A stretch of DNA of 57,033 nucleotides, counting the filler, from Sphacelaria rigidula (Eukaryota), in NCBI GenBank assembly GCA_964200075.2. It is 6 parts of 6 records of this genome, joined end to end, with 100 filler letters (N's around TTAATTAATTAA, not from the genome) between each part and the next. Parts side by side here need not be neighbours in the genome. Positions count along the whole stretch, not along the records: positions 1 to 9,423 come from CAXNAA020008537.1; positions 9,524 to 18,946 come from CAXNAA020008538.1; 4 more parts are not named here. The stretch is one strand, 5' to 3'. This document shows, piece after piece, positions 1-11,683 of this stretch (position 1 is the first letter of the stretch; every line of letters starts with the position of its first letter). The position numbers and the translations under genes were made by a program. The notes under the pieces are model-generated. The model was not told the origin of the DNA, ran no database searches, and saw nothing but the letters and a program-made list of their open reading frames with translations.

Positions 1-238
1 GTCGCCAGCGAGGTAAGTGTTGGGTTGGGTTTCCTCCTTCCATCAAGGAAAAAAAAAAAAAAAATGACATGTTTTCGTATTTTTGTATGCATCCATTGAC
101 GAATCACATCGTGGACACGAGCGCCTACATCTCCACACACAAAATGCCAAAAAGGTATCAACCAGAAAGCATGACACGAGCAATTATGTAGACCGTACAC
201 TGTCGTGCACTACGCCCCAAGGGCGTCTGGTTACCGAC

Positions 239-3200
239 CTGGTCGGGCTTCAACCCTCTTTCACGGATCATGGCAAACACCTCCATGGCCTTATCCGGAT
301 TCTGCGCGCGCACACAGGCGGCGATGACGGTGTTGTGCGTCATCAGGCCCGCCTCCACGCCGGTCTCGTGCATCTCCTCGAAGAGCTGCAAAGCTTCCTG
401 AAGTGAAAACAATGTGGGGGTGTTGGTGTTCGATGTCGGATATTGGAGTGGAACATGACAAGGACTGGTGACAGTGAGACGAGGTCGGTCGACGGGTGCT
501 GCGACTTACGCTGTTCATCGTTGCTTCACCAACTGTGGCATACCTCCCAGAGCGAGCTGTGCCCGCATGCGCTGATGACGGAATTGTATGTGAAGGTGTC
601 GGGAAGAAGCGAGGCCTGTTTGGCTTCCTCCAGGAGTCGTAGAGCAGCATTGGCGTCTCTCAGCTTGTCGCAGGCCTTGATCGCTGTATTGTAGGATATC
701 TGACCCAGCGCCACGCCGAGAACAACGAGTTGTGTAAAGCTCATGCATTTCGCACACGGTCACCATGAATCATCCCATTGGTAGTAGACCTCAACGAGCG
801 TATGTTTTCCTGTTACCGTCGACTTTTGTTTTTGCAAAGATGGGGAACTAAGTCCCCCGTGTGCCCATTCTCATACTCACATGATCAACTGCACTCTTTT
901 TTCGAAACGACAGTGCCGTAGCATGAGCGCGGGAAGTAGAGATAAATAGTCCGACCTGAAATTCATGACAGCAGAGAGCCGGACTGATGCCGTCGACAAA
1001 TAGACACTCCAGCGGTTAGGGTAAACGAAATATACATCGTATCGAAATCTGACCCATGTAGGACACTTTTGCTCCGCGGGATACGGCTTTGGCGAGGTTG
1101 AGGAACTACCCATGCCCTCTTGGGCAGGGCGATATTGCTGCATCTGTAGAGATATGGCAAGGCACTGTGCTGTAGGCTGACTTGCCACATTCTCAACACT
1201 CAACCCAACACATTGCAAAAAACAAGGAGATTTAGGTAGTGAGCGCATACGCAATACATTGCGAGACTCGACAGACGTGTAAACAACGACCGAGGGCTCA
1301 GGGCGAGCAATGCAATTCTACCACATCCAAGATTACACAAAAAAAAAAAAACGAAACACGAGAGCACCAAATCAACAACGGCTGACGTCCGACATATTCG
1401 TGCAGTTTTCACGTTTTTTTTTATTCCGTCGCACTTTGAACCTCTCCCCTTCCAAAGGATGAGTCCTGGTCTCGAGGGATCATCTCATCTCTCCCCCGGG
1501 ACACGCCTTGCCTTTTGGCCTCGCGGATCGGGCCAGCACTCCCGCACCGCGTCAACTTACTTCAAGCATTCAGTCGATGACTGTGTTTACTCACGTTCTC
1601 ACGTTTTTCAAGGTGGAAACCAAATATTACGAAGAAAAATTCCACCGCATCGAGAATCGAACCCTCGTTCTCCGCACCCTAATGGCGACAGTCGGACCGT
1701 GACACCAACGTGGCGCGGCGTATTTGTACCCTGTAACCTCCGAGTGTCCCGCGTTTCGACCTGCCATTCAAATCTGCCGCACTCGCGGAGATAGAGGCGC
1801 TTTGTCACTTCCACCAGACTGCAGTGAGCTCCGATGTGGGGTACTTCTTGCTCGTTGTGGTCCGAGATGGGATGCTGACGCACATGTACCAAGTATCGCA
1901 GGCGCAGCAGCTTGCCAACTCAGTCGTGATGCTTTGTTGGTGTTGCTCTACGCACTGAGATCGGTACAAGCTAAGCTGCCTGCCCTGACTTCTTGCAGTT
2001 TTATTAACATTTCATCACTCTAGGTCATCACGTTGATTCATGCAAAGATTCCCTTGACGTCTTCCATTCTTGACTTTCCTTCCACAGGACCTGAGATCGT
2101 AAGGTATCCAAGGCGACCGCAAACAGCTACCGCAGGATAATAAAAACACGTTCGCTCACCACGTCTCGTGGAATGCCGTCTCGCTCCATCTCTCTGAATA
2201 CGTCGAGAGCGGTGTTAGGTTGTCTGGCGTCCACGCTGACCGACATGACGCAGTTCATGCAGTACGTATCCGGTCGCACCCCAATGTTCTTCATACGGTC
2301 CAACGTCTGACAGTTTCACGTTTGTGCGACGGTTGATCAGATGCCAACATACCAACATGTACACTGCACACACACAAATGCACATACTAGACGCACGTAG
2401 GGTTTCGCGAGAGTACCATGTAAGTTGACGTTAGCGCCTACATCATAATGGCAAACGCACACCCACACCACATGCAATGCTGTGCCACGCTGTGCGTTCA
2501 GGGGGGGCAGTGTCGACAACTGAAATTCAGTTCCGCCACCGTAAGAATTTTGAATGAGGCCAACGCCAAGCAGACGCGCACGACATCGGCACATCTTTCT
2601 CTTGTTCCAGCACTGGTATGTAAGCCAAAACAACAGAGAAACCCCGCACAGCACAGCACAGTACCATGCAGCTTATTACTTGAAAACTACCACATACATC
2701 ATCATGAAAAGACACGGAACACCACAGCATGAATCTCTCGCAGCGGCAAAACTGTCGCTAAATATCGGCACAGCCAAGCACTTGGCCCTGGGTCTACGTT
2801 CGATTTATAGTACAACAGCAGCTACGCATAAGTAGCCGAATAGTAAAAAATCACCTCAAAGGCCCTCTTGACGCTTTGTTCTGACCCATTCCTAGCAGAG
2901 GCAATGAGGCTGGAGAATGTCATGGCGTTCGGCTTCACTTTCGCCGCGAGCTACAAGCGAGAAGGGCACATGCACAAACGAATATAAAACTTTAAAATTG
3001 CAGGCTGTGTCTTAACAAGTGAAGCATTTTTATGGCGGGACGGATTCTTCATTTAATTGAACAGCCTTAGAGGTGGTGCTGATGCCAATCCAGTTCGCCC
3101 ATGGACCAGCACTTGATTTTTTTCTTAGCCCCAAATGTACGAAGCGACGAATGTCAGAATGTCGCAGGATCGAGCTACGATGCAAAATGTACAAGTGTCA

Positions 3201-4862
3201 TAACAAAGCCACAGGGAAGCACACAGATGCCGGGGCGACTGTGAGGTATGGGATACGCAACGAACCCGGCAACGCGGAGTCGCCAAAGCCACTTTCAGGC
3301 GGACGGCTCATATGAGCACTCCATATAGCGCAAAGAACAGGGAAGAATCATGCAGTATGTTAACCTAGCGCTGCCTTGCATGCTCGATAGCCACAACGCA
3401 GGACCTCCCGCTTTCGTGACTACAGGATTCGGCGACTGGGAAAAGTTCCACCGTACATACTGTGCTAACTTGTTGCCATAACGTTACGGTGAATTCACAT
3501 TCGGAAAATCTCGAAACGTTTGTCACGTACGGAGTTAAGAAATAATTATCATCGTGTCCATGTCTACCACCTACCCACCTACCGGCCCAGTCTTACCCTT
3601 GCTCGAAGGTGTACCGTACCGTGTAAAAAGTCTTACCTTGTACACTTACAGTAATTGTGTTCGAGGGGATACAACCAACAAGCGATGCCGGAACGCTACC
3701 GTATTATTTTTTATTCGTCGCACTTTCAATCGCTCCCCTTTCTGGGGACGAGTCCGTGGTCCCGACGGACCAACCTGTTTCTCCCCGGTACATCTCTTGC
3801 ATTTTGGTCTCACGGATTGGGTCATGACTATCACCACTCCCGCACCGCGTTAACTCTCGTCAAGCGAAAATCAATCGACGCGCTCGTTGTTTACTGGCGC
3901 AGTCACGCTTTCGACGGTAGAAAAATCAGATATTTCAGAGAAAAAAACCAAAGCGTGGGGAATCGAATCAACGGTCTCTCCACCCTAATGGTGACAGTCG
4001 GATCATTACACCACCGGGGCGAGGCTGTATGACAAAGGAAAGGCCGCGATAACGCCACTGCAGAAGATCTGTCCAATGTACCTGCTCGACAGGACGAGTA
4101 CTGTATTCAAAAATGTGCCACGTCCGCACCAACTGCGCGCATCCAGCAGTTTCCCAGGCCAATGTTCGACGTATAGCTTCGCTCCGTTTGCCCTCATATT
4201 GATTCCGAATGGACGATATTTGAGCTCACTAGACAAGTGGAATATCCGTACACTCACCATCTCTTCAAGATAACCAAGCGCCCGATCGTAGCCTCGACTC
4301 GCTGTGCAGCCGGATATGAGGGCGTTGTAGGCGAACAATTCGGAGCCCAGTGCCTCTGTCTCCATCATCTCTTTGGCTATGTGGTGCTGGAGAGTAGTGA
4401 GGGCAGATGGGACAAAAGAGGGATGGAAAGAAGAAGCCTGGGTCAACAGCGAGAGTCAAAACCATGGCAGGCGTTTGCACCACTTTTGGCGTTCCCAGGA
4501 GGCAAGGCAGTGCGACCGCCACCGCTAGTTTCACGAATTCACACAAAAACTTGGTGTTTCGGAAAACCTGAGCATATGCTCTGAGGTCGACTTCACGCGT
4601 CCAAGCGGCAGAACTCGCTTTGAGCACTCAAACGTATACGTGACGGAATCAGGGTGTAGAGACCGAGGGTGTAGCTCACCTGCTTGGCCCTGGAGATCTC
4701 CGCGAGGATAACCGTGTAAGTGATCTCGTTAGGATCGATCCCGTTCGACCGCATGACGTGCAGCAGTTGTACCGCCATCAGCCACCGCCGACTCTTGGCT
4801 GCGGCCCCGACCATGTTGGTCATGAACTTCACGTCTACATTCGCTCTCACGTAAAACAACGC
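239..4862 (-). CDS. Pentatricopeptide repeat (PPR) protein, partial; exons 4862-4680, 4386-4258, 2950-2855, 2306-2160, 699-544, 397-239; 3' end runs off the window
   Basis: Six GT-AG exons join in phase 0 into consecutive PPR motifs, e.g. GIDPNEITYTVIL, LFAYNALISGC, VKPNAMTFSSLI, GVRPDTYCMNCVM, RDV|ISYNTAIKAC, PDTFTYNSVISACG, LMTHNTVIAACVRA...GLKPDQ. Confidence 0.93.
1414..1714 (-). mobile_element. tRNA-derived SINE, family A, copy 1 (in a PPR intron)
   Basis: Head with degenerate A box and B box GGTTCGATTC. Colinear with 3704-4020 and 28329-28468. Ends in an AATAAAAAAAA tail. Confidence 0.75.
3704..4020 (-). mobile_element. tRNA-derived SINE, family A, copy 2 (in a PPR intron)
   Basis: GCCCCGGTGGTGTAATG A box and a decayed B box. 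Body aligns with copy 1 through to the A-rich tail. Confidence 0.75.
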
Positions 4863-7800
4863 CTGGAGCGGAGCAATCAGGGAATGTCAAAATATGAGGG
4901 CAACAAAGGTGATGCATTCAATTCAATCCTCAGGAAACGATCGTCCCACAGGTGGTTTGAGACCGCCCACCCCGATGGAACACTTGGGGTTCATAATAGT
5001 CGTTTCTTCAGGAACACAAAACGATCACGTACCTATGGCCCACAAAACCCCCGAGGGGGTTGCCCCCCAGCCCCAAACACTGATGGGGCAACTTCCAGGA
5101 GAACCCATGCGCATTAGGGGATCTTTCACACGCAGGAGCACAACAGAAATGGCTCGTCTACGGTGCAACAATGTAGAGATTATCGACGCACACGATTTGC
5201 GTCACTGCGGCGAAGAACATGAGCAATTGGCATCTTGTAGTCGAGAAAAGGGCAGAAGAGTTCGAGGACACGTCGGGACGCGAAGACAAAATAGGATAGG
5301 ACCGCCGCCACAAGCAAGAGTCCGCTGCATCGAGAGCCGTCAATTGAAACACTGCCCTTGCTAGCACAGTAACAGCAACATCAACTGCTCGCGAGGGATC
5401 AAAGATGGAAATGACCGAGAGAATGGCCCGCTTTGTACCTGACTAGGGGTAAATGTCAGAAACTGAGCTGACACGGAAATTGGTGTACCCCTCTCTTTTT
5501 CATGGGGTGTTCATCATGTCCATATGTCCTCGGTCAGTGGTTTTGCGGTGCTCCCTGGTGTGTGTTCGTACCTGCTCTACCGTACCGTTTCCTTCGGGTT
5601 TCATCACTTTTGTCGTCTCGTTCTCTCTTCTCTTTCTCCATCCCCATCCCTCTCTATATTTTTGTGTGCTCCTTCCTCCCGATGTATGCAAGTGGCAGTT
5701 AGGTGCTTCGCTTTCGCAGGGTTTACGGGTGGGACATTTATAACCAAAGAGGTGAGGTCGAAACAGATGAGTCGCAATCTGTTCCCACAATTTCTACTTT
5801 CCCACGAGTGGATTTGAGAGCGATTTTTGCGCGAGTCGTTTTCCCCCGAAGCCATGTTGCAGAGGCCGGCCATTACTAGCTTTTTTTTTTGTTCTTTCCT
5901 TTTCCTTTTCATAGTCTACTCCCTTTGTTTGTTTTCCCTCACTGTTTTCTCCATCGCGTGTTACTGTTTTGTTTTTTTCCTCGTTTACATCCATAATGTC
6001 ACCACGACTGTTTCCCTGCCAAGTCAGTTAAGGCGCGACAATCAATCAAACATCAAAAACATATGAACACGTAAATGTTGAGGATATGTAAAACTCAGCC
6101 CTGTAGAATCTCTGACCGGTTTTGAGCCGCAAGTCAAGTGCGTTTCTGTAAGCATTCGTAAGTCGTTTCCGTGGTGTACATGCGTTCCTGCTGTGCAAGC
6201 GATGCACGCTGGCAGCCACTACACCACCGCTTCGATATACGTATATACAACACACATACTCTCTTCCCATGCTTGGCAGTCTTGGTACGTTCGGGGCGGT
6301 GCTGGGATGCTGCGAGCATGTTTTGATCTCACACGCGTGTCGCATCGTATCATCTGTACTGCTGCTGCCGGTCCTGCACGGTACATACCAACCTTTTCAT
6401 CAACAGCATGGAACATTCAACTAGTCACTGTTCTCCACCGCAGCCTACTGCACCCCGTTACCACGTATTTTTGGCATTCCACAACAACACAGGCGGTATG
6501 CAGCTAACTTCACAGGGCAAGAGGGGTCAGATAGGGCACAAAGACCACACACAGAGCAAAACGCACACCTCCTTCTTTTGTGCACTTCGATGGGTGAGTG
6601 AATGGTACCCAAATGGTCGAATACGGCGAGAGGGTTGTGCTGTAGTTGTTGTGAAGGGGGACAAAATGATCAAATTGACCAATTGAAACCGCCGATATCA
6701 TCACTCCCTTTTCCTAGACCTTGGTGCCCGACTGCCATGTTACCATTGTTCCCTGTGGAAACCTCCAAACACTTCGGTGATCTTGTACGTTTTTTTTACT
6801 GACCGAGGAACAGGAACTTCGCCGTCTTGAAAAACCATTCAACGTCTCTAAACTGTCAACCGGTGGAACTGTTCCGAGGCGAGGTTCGTAGCTCAAGGGT
6901 TAACTATGTGACATTGTGGTCAATGAACACATTAGCCGTTTGAACACCTGCGACCTGCAATGAGACCTGACAGTCCCGCAGAGGATGGCGACATTGGATG
7001 TTGTAGACGAGGAAGGTCTTCTAGGACGCCCAGGGGACAAAACATATATATATATATATGTTTTTTCCGGCCAATAGCGTCGAAGTAGGCTAGCATTGGG
7101 TGAGAGGGAGGGTTGGGGTTTTTGTAATCCATGTTTCCTCAGCCTACAGCATGCCTTCCCTACCTTCTAAATATGCCACGGCCTTCAGCTGATAATGAAT
7201 CGTTCAGTGGTGTGCGTTGACCACAGGCACATACTTCGTCTACAGTATTTGGCGCGATCCCTGCTACTGCACTCATTCTCTGTGCTGCTCAAAATTGTGA
7301 ACGGTTTGTTGACAAAATTGGACCCGGCGGAGTTTTGACGCACACGCACGTGATGAACGGCCACATTCGCAATGCGGGAGATTCACAGAAGAGTGATGGC
7401 CGTGTACGTAAAACCTTGGGGATAAAAATAGGGGGCAGATTTCGAGAAATCGCCTGCACTGGTTTTAAAAAACGAACCGGTCGTGGGACCGATGCCAGCC
7501 GGTCTGTCATGTTCAGCAACAACATGTGTGAGTTCAGTTATGGCTGTTGACCGCATGCATGTGTAACACGCTAGAGCGATAACTGCTGCCCCGGTAGTAC
7601 TGTTAAGCAGTGTGAGGTGGCAGTGCCGGGGGCCCTCCTGCGTACACATCCTGACCCCAACTTAGGGCCGAAGCTCGTAAGGATAACGCGGCGCGTGCAC
7701 TGCACCAAGTTGACAGGGTTTTATGATGGGTCGGACTCCGACACTCCCTTGAGCAAAGCTTGGGAACGCTCGAGGCGCCTACCCCACATGACTGCCATGA

Positions 7801-8185
7801 GGTAGTGTACCCGAGCCGCCGGATAATCGGCACACGAACCTGCTTACGGGGTAAGTGAAGGATCAGGTTTCCTCCTTCCTTGAAGGGGGGGAAAACAAAG
7901 CCTCAAGACATCTGCGTTGTTCAGCGGCGTTACTCCAGTACCCTCGTACACAAAATTGACACCGCAAGAATTGGAGTAGGAAGAAGCGCGGTATGACACT
8001 AAATACGATAACACACCTCAGAACACCACCGATCTGCCCTGAAACAAGTCTCCTCTCACCGCTTCTAGAACCCTGGTCACTAGGTGTATGTCGCAATGCC
8101 GGCTGCTGACCATGCCCAGGCACAAGAACTGTTCCCAATTTAACGTATTGGGATATCTCAAGTGGTGCTCTACAGACGGGCGCAC

Positions 8186-8343
8186 CAAGGCCACGTCCGC
8201 TCTGCGCGAGTTCAGCTCCCGGAATCCCAGTATGCGGACAGTTCTTGCTGCCTTCTCCGCTTTTGGCCTCGAATTCATCTCTTGCTTTCGCCCATGTGTC
8301 TGCGTATGCTGCTCCACCTCATCCGCCGACTTGGCGTCTTGAG
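8186..8343 (-). CDS. Probable upstream exon of the PPR gene
   Basis: gatgcag| acceptor and ttg|gtgcgc donor. Encodes QDAKSADEVEQ...RRADVAL and its phase-0 end joins exon 4862 (ALFYVRANVD). No domain motif confirms it. Confidence 0.4.
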
Positions 8344-9263
8344 CTGCATCGGATGGGATCGATCGAGTGGAGATCCAAGATATCCGATTGGACAAGTTAT
8401 CAGCAGATCCAATCACATCAGGCCGGGTAGACGTGAACTAGATAATTATATACATGATGCCGCCTGATGAAACAAACGCCGTTATATCCGATCGGATGAG
8501 GTCTCACAATTTCAGACCAACCACGTACCGTGTCGTTTGACAGAGTCGACCGGCAACAGCAATCAAAACAGTAGAGAGGACGTACAATATGTATCGCGCC
8601 TGTTTCATTTGTGCGTACTCGTTCCGTGCCAACCTCTCGCTTGTTGCGCGTTAAAAATACGTTGATGACTCAGTGCCACTACGCTGCTCTGTACGGCGCA
8701 TCGTTTAACAGGACTCATTAATCCCGAGGCCGCAAACGCCCCCCCCCCCCCCCAGGTCGCCTCGAATCACCCATGGCACATTTTGGGTTGAGAATGTATT
8801 TCTTTTTCAAAAGACAAAACCCCTGTTTCATGAAAACGCGTATGTTGAACACCTGTACAGAAATTGGTGCTGAAAACCCCCGGACCGGTTTTGAGCCACA
8901 AATCAACTGCATGCATAGTATGCATCAAGTGAATGCCTTTGCTGAGTCGATTTCGTAGGGTACATAACTTCGTGATTCTTTTTTTGAAAGTGATGTACGC
9001 TGGTAGCCAGAAGAGTACTGCTACGATACTTGTAAACAACATACATACTGCTTCCTTCCTACCATGCTCGACATCTTGTACTCCCTTGAGCATGTTTGAT
9101 CTTGCGCGCATGCCACATCATCGCAGCTGTACCCTTTTACTCTTGTTCTACTGTAAGGTGGTGGTGGTGGTGCTTTACCGCATCATACGTGCAAACGCTT
9201 TCGTCAGCGGGCGAATAGAACGATATACGACCTGGGCCAGCCTAGAGGCGGATTTGAAGTTTA

Positions 9264-9416
9264 CAGGCCCATGCTCTTTTATACATTTAGAGTTGGGCCC
9301 TGAAATTTGGTATGGACAGTGCATAGGGCAAAAGAAAAAAAATACTGAAGTACCCAAAGAGTTTTTTTTTTTTCACGAGTTAAGGGCAATAATCGGTATA
9401 AAAGAGCATGGGCCTA
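9264..9416. mobile_element. 153-bp MITE with perfect 20-bp TIRs
   Basis: AGGCCCATGCTCTTTTATAC ... GTATAAAAGAGCATGGGCCT with CAG/TAG-type termini. No TSD recognisable. Confidence 0.65.
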
Positions 9417-9423
9417 TCAAAAA

Positions 9424-9523
9424 NNNNNNNNNNNNNNNNNNNNNNNNNNNNNNNNNNNNNNNNNNNNTTAATTAATTAANNNNNNNNNNNNNNNNNNNNN
9501 NNNNNNNNNNNNNNNNNNNNNNN
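9424..9523. other. Artificial 100-nt linker
   Basis: N44-TTAATTAATTAA-N44; the 12-mer has stops in all six frames. Confidence 0.99.
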
Positions 9524-9583
9524 GGAGCCCCTGAACCAGACAAAATTTCGCGAAAAAAGTGCACCCCTACCGTAGCATTGGTC
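9524..9583 (-). mobile_element. End of a Sola2-like MITE (17526 family) inserted into a foldback element; truncated by the linker
   Basis: Reverse complement of about 17526-17585. It abuts the interrupted left arm of the 9584-9935 palindrome. Confidence 0.7.
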
Positions 9584-9935
9584 TATTCGAAATATGGTTC
9601 CATATCTTCACCTACTGGTAGCTATTGACAACTGCTGCACGCCATAGGAATTTGGATTTCGATCACCGAAATGTTGGGGTCCTAGGTAAAAAAAAACATT
9701 TCGGAACCATTTTTGGCGTCGGCTCGGACACCCGGAATTCCACAAAACTGTTTTTTCACCTAGGACCCCAACATTTCGGTGTTTGAGATCCAAATTTGTA
9801 TGGCGTGTAGCAGTTGTCAATAGATATTAGTAGGTGAAGAAATGGAACCATATTTCGAATATTTGGTGCGGATACGAAAATTTGAATCCTCCGGGTTTCC
9901 ATCCCCAATAAATGATCCATCCCCAATTTGTAAGA
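9584..9935. mobile_element. Foldback/MITE element, same family as 23164-23605, left arm truncated
   Basis: Long imperfect palindrome: GAAATATGGTTCCA...CCTAGGT / ACCTAGG...TGGAACCATATTTC. Confidence 0.8.
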
Positions 9936-10204
9936 TCCCGTATTTTTTTGTCGAGCTCCCTTCGTCAAGTGCAGCCGTTTCGTTTCCTTCGCGCACCTCT
10001 ATCTTTTGAACAATCACCTCGGCTGGATCCCCCTCGGAGATCAGTTATCATGTGCCACACTCAACAACCAACCGATCAACTGCCCCAGTGTTGCATTCAC
10101 GACTATTTGTTGCCTAAGGCAGGGAAATTCGCGATCTTTGTCGTATAAAACGTTAATGGAATGTTCAAAACATGACTTTTAATACCCCGTGCAGGTAAAG
10201 GATC

Positions 10205-10462
10205 TGTGCCGAAAATACGCCGTGCGTTGAGTTGGTAGTGATGATATGGATAATGACTAGGGGCACGGAGGTTCTGGAGGGTTCTGGATAATGATCGGGG
10301 ACACGAAGATGGTATCTGCAGGTCTAGAAAGCTGGTGCCCTGGAAGGGCACTTCTGAATAATGAGAATCTTGTAAAGGCTGACAACTGAAACCGAGGCCA
10401 GTAAGGCTGGGGAGTCCCTCAACAGCGGTGATCCAACAGTGCTTCCACTGGCTGGCGTCACA
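10205..10462 (+). repeat. 5' LTR
   Basis: TGTG...TCACA. Roughly 90% identical by eye to 15103-15348, plus a ~13-bp indel. Confidence 0.93.
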
Positions 10463-11264
10463 ATATCGATATTAGTGCTAGTACTAGTGTTGGTGCTAGA
10501 ACCTGCTGGAAAGGATTTCGGCGGAGTGAGTCTGGCAGCTGGGGACAACCTGACATCACGGACGTGTAACGGGGGTTCAAGCTGGTGGTGGCTGCAGAAA
10601 CCCGGCTGGCCTGTGATTGATCCAGACTGGAGACGTGCTGAAGCTGCGTGCAGCGGGAGTTTGGAGGCTCCTACGACTGTGTGGTGCGGCGACGAAGCAA
10701 GGAAAGTGCAATTCGCGAAGGTCCGCTGGCCTGCAGAGGTTCGCAGGAAGCCGGTTGCAGCTACGCGTATGGCGACCGGTTCGTGTACTACGACCAGCGT
10801 GACGCCCGTGGTTATGCGGAAAGAGTTGAGACCTCCCCAATACGGGGATAGATGCTCAGAGAGTGCATCTCGCACTTTTAATACGAAGTACTTTGAGTAC
10901 AAGAAGTGTGTGAAGCACGCTCACGCAGGGGGTGCTGTGCGGCATCAGGTGGTGCCAACGGCGCAACAAGTGCCAACTCATGTGCAGAGAGTATTGGCTC
11001 GTTTGGAGCATAAGAAGATCACAATCACCCCGTCGCGACTGGTTGCGGCGATAAAAAAGCATGCTGGGCATGCGGTGGGCACTTGCCACCGCTGTGACCA
11101 GGTCGGTCATTACGCGCGCGATTGCCCAACGTCTTCCGGTGGAGAGTCTGGGCAGTCTCGTGCCGCGCGCCATCAGCATCGTCAGCACAAAGGAAAAATA
11201 CGAGGAACTCGTGGTGGCGACGGCGGATCCTCCGGCGATGGAGGGTCGCAGGCGAGCCCTCAGC

Positions 11265-11301
<37 letters not shown>

Positions 11302-11683
11302 CCAGCAGCAAGGGCAGCGACGTCAGCATGGGCCTGGCTCTGGGTCCGGCGCCGCCGTAGGTGCTGCTGCTCCGCAACGGGCGGTGCAGGTGGGCCCGAC
11401 TTCTAAAAAGTCGAACACTGCTCCGGCGCCGGTGGTGGCGCCGGCGGCGACACCGGCAGCAGCGCCAGGCGCGACGCCTGTTGACGCGCTGGTCGGGGGG
11501 TCGCCAAATTCTTGGTTTGCTGGCTGGGGGGCGTACCCGCCGGCGGTGCCGTTTGAACCTGCTGGGGCGTCTTCGCCTGCGCAGCTTGCGCCGCCGCGGT
11601 GTCAAGTGGGATTAGCGGCGCATAGGTCAGTGGAAGAAGTTCCCGTGGAGCTTGCCGACAGATACATCCCGGCGGAATCATGA
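10439..11683 (+). CDS. gag: Gag-like ORF (probably internally deleted) with a CCHC zinc knuckle and polyQ
   Basis: CHRCDQVGHYARDC knuckle and (CAG)11 at 11267-11299. The true start is uncertain because the ORF track start lies inside the LTR. Confidence 0.75.

Noticed and set aside
1..18. Plus-strand splice donor GAG|GTAAGT
   Set aside because: Only 12 nt of upstream context are available, so it cannot be evaluated.
3741..3776. Hammerhead-like GACGAGTCCGT...ACGGAC
   Set aside because: A stem is present but the CUGA and GAAA core nucleotides are missing.
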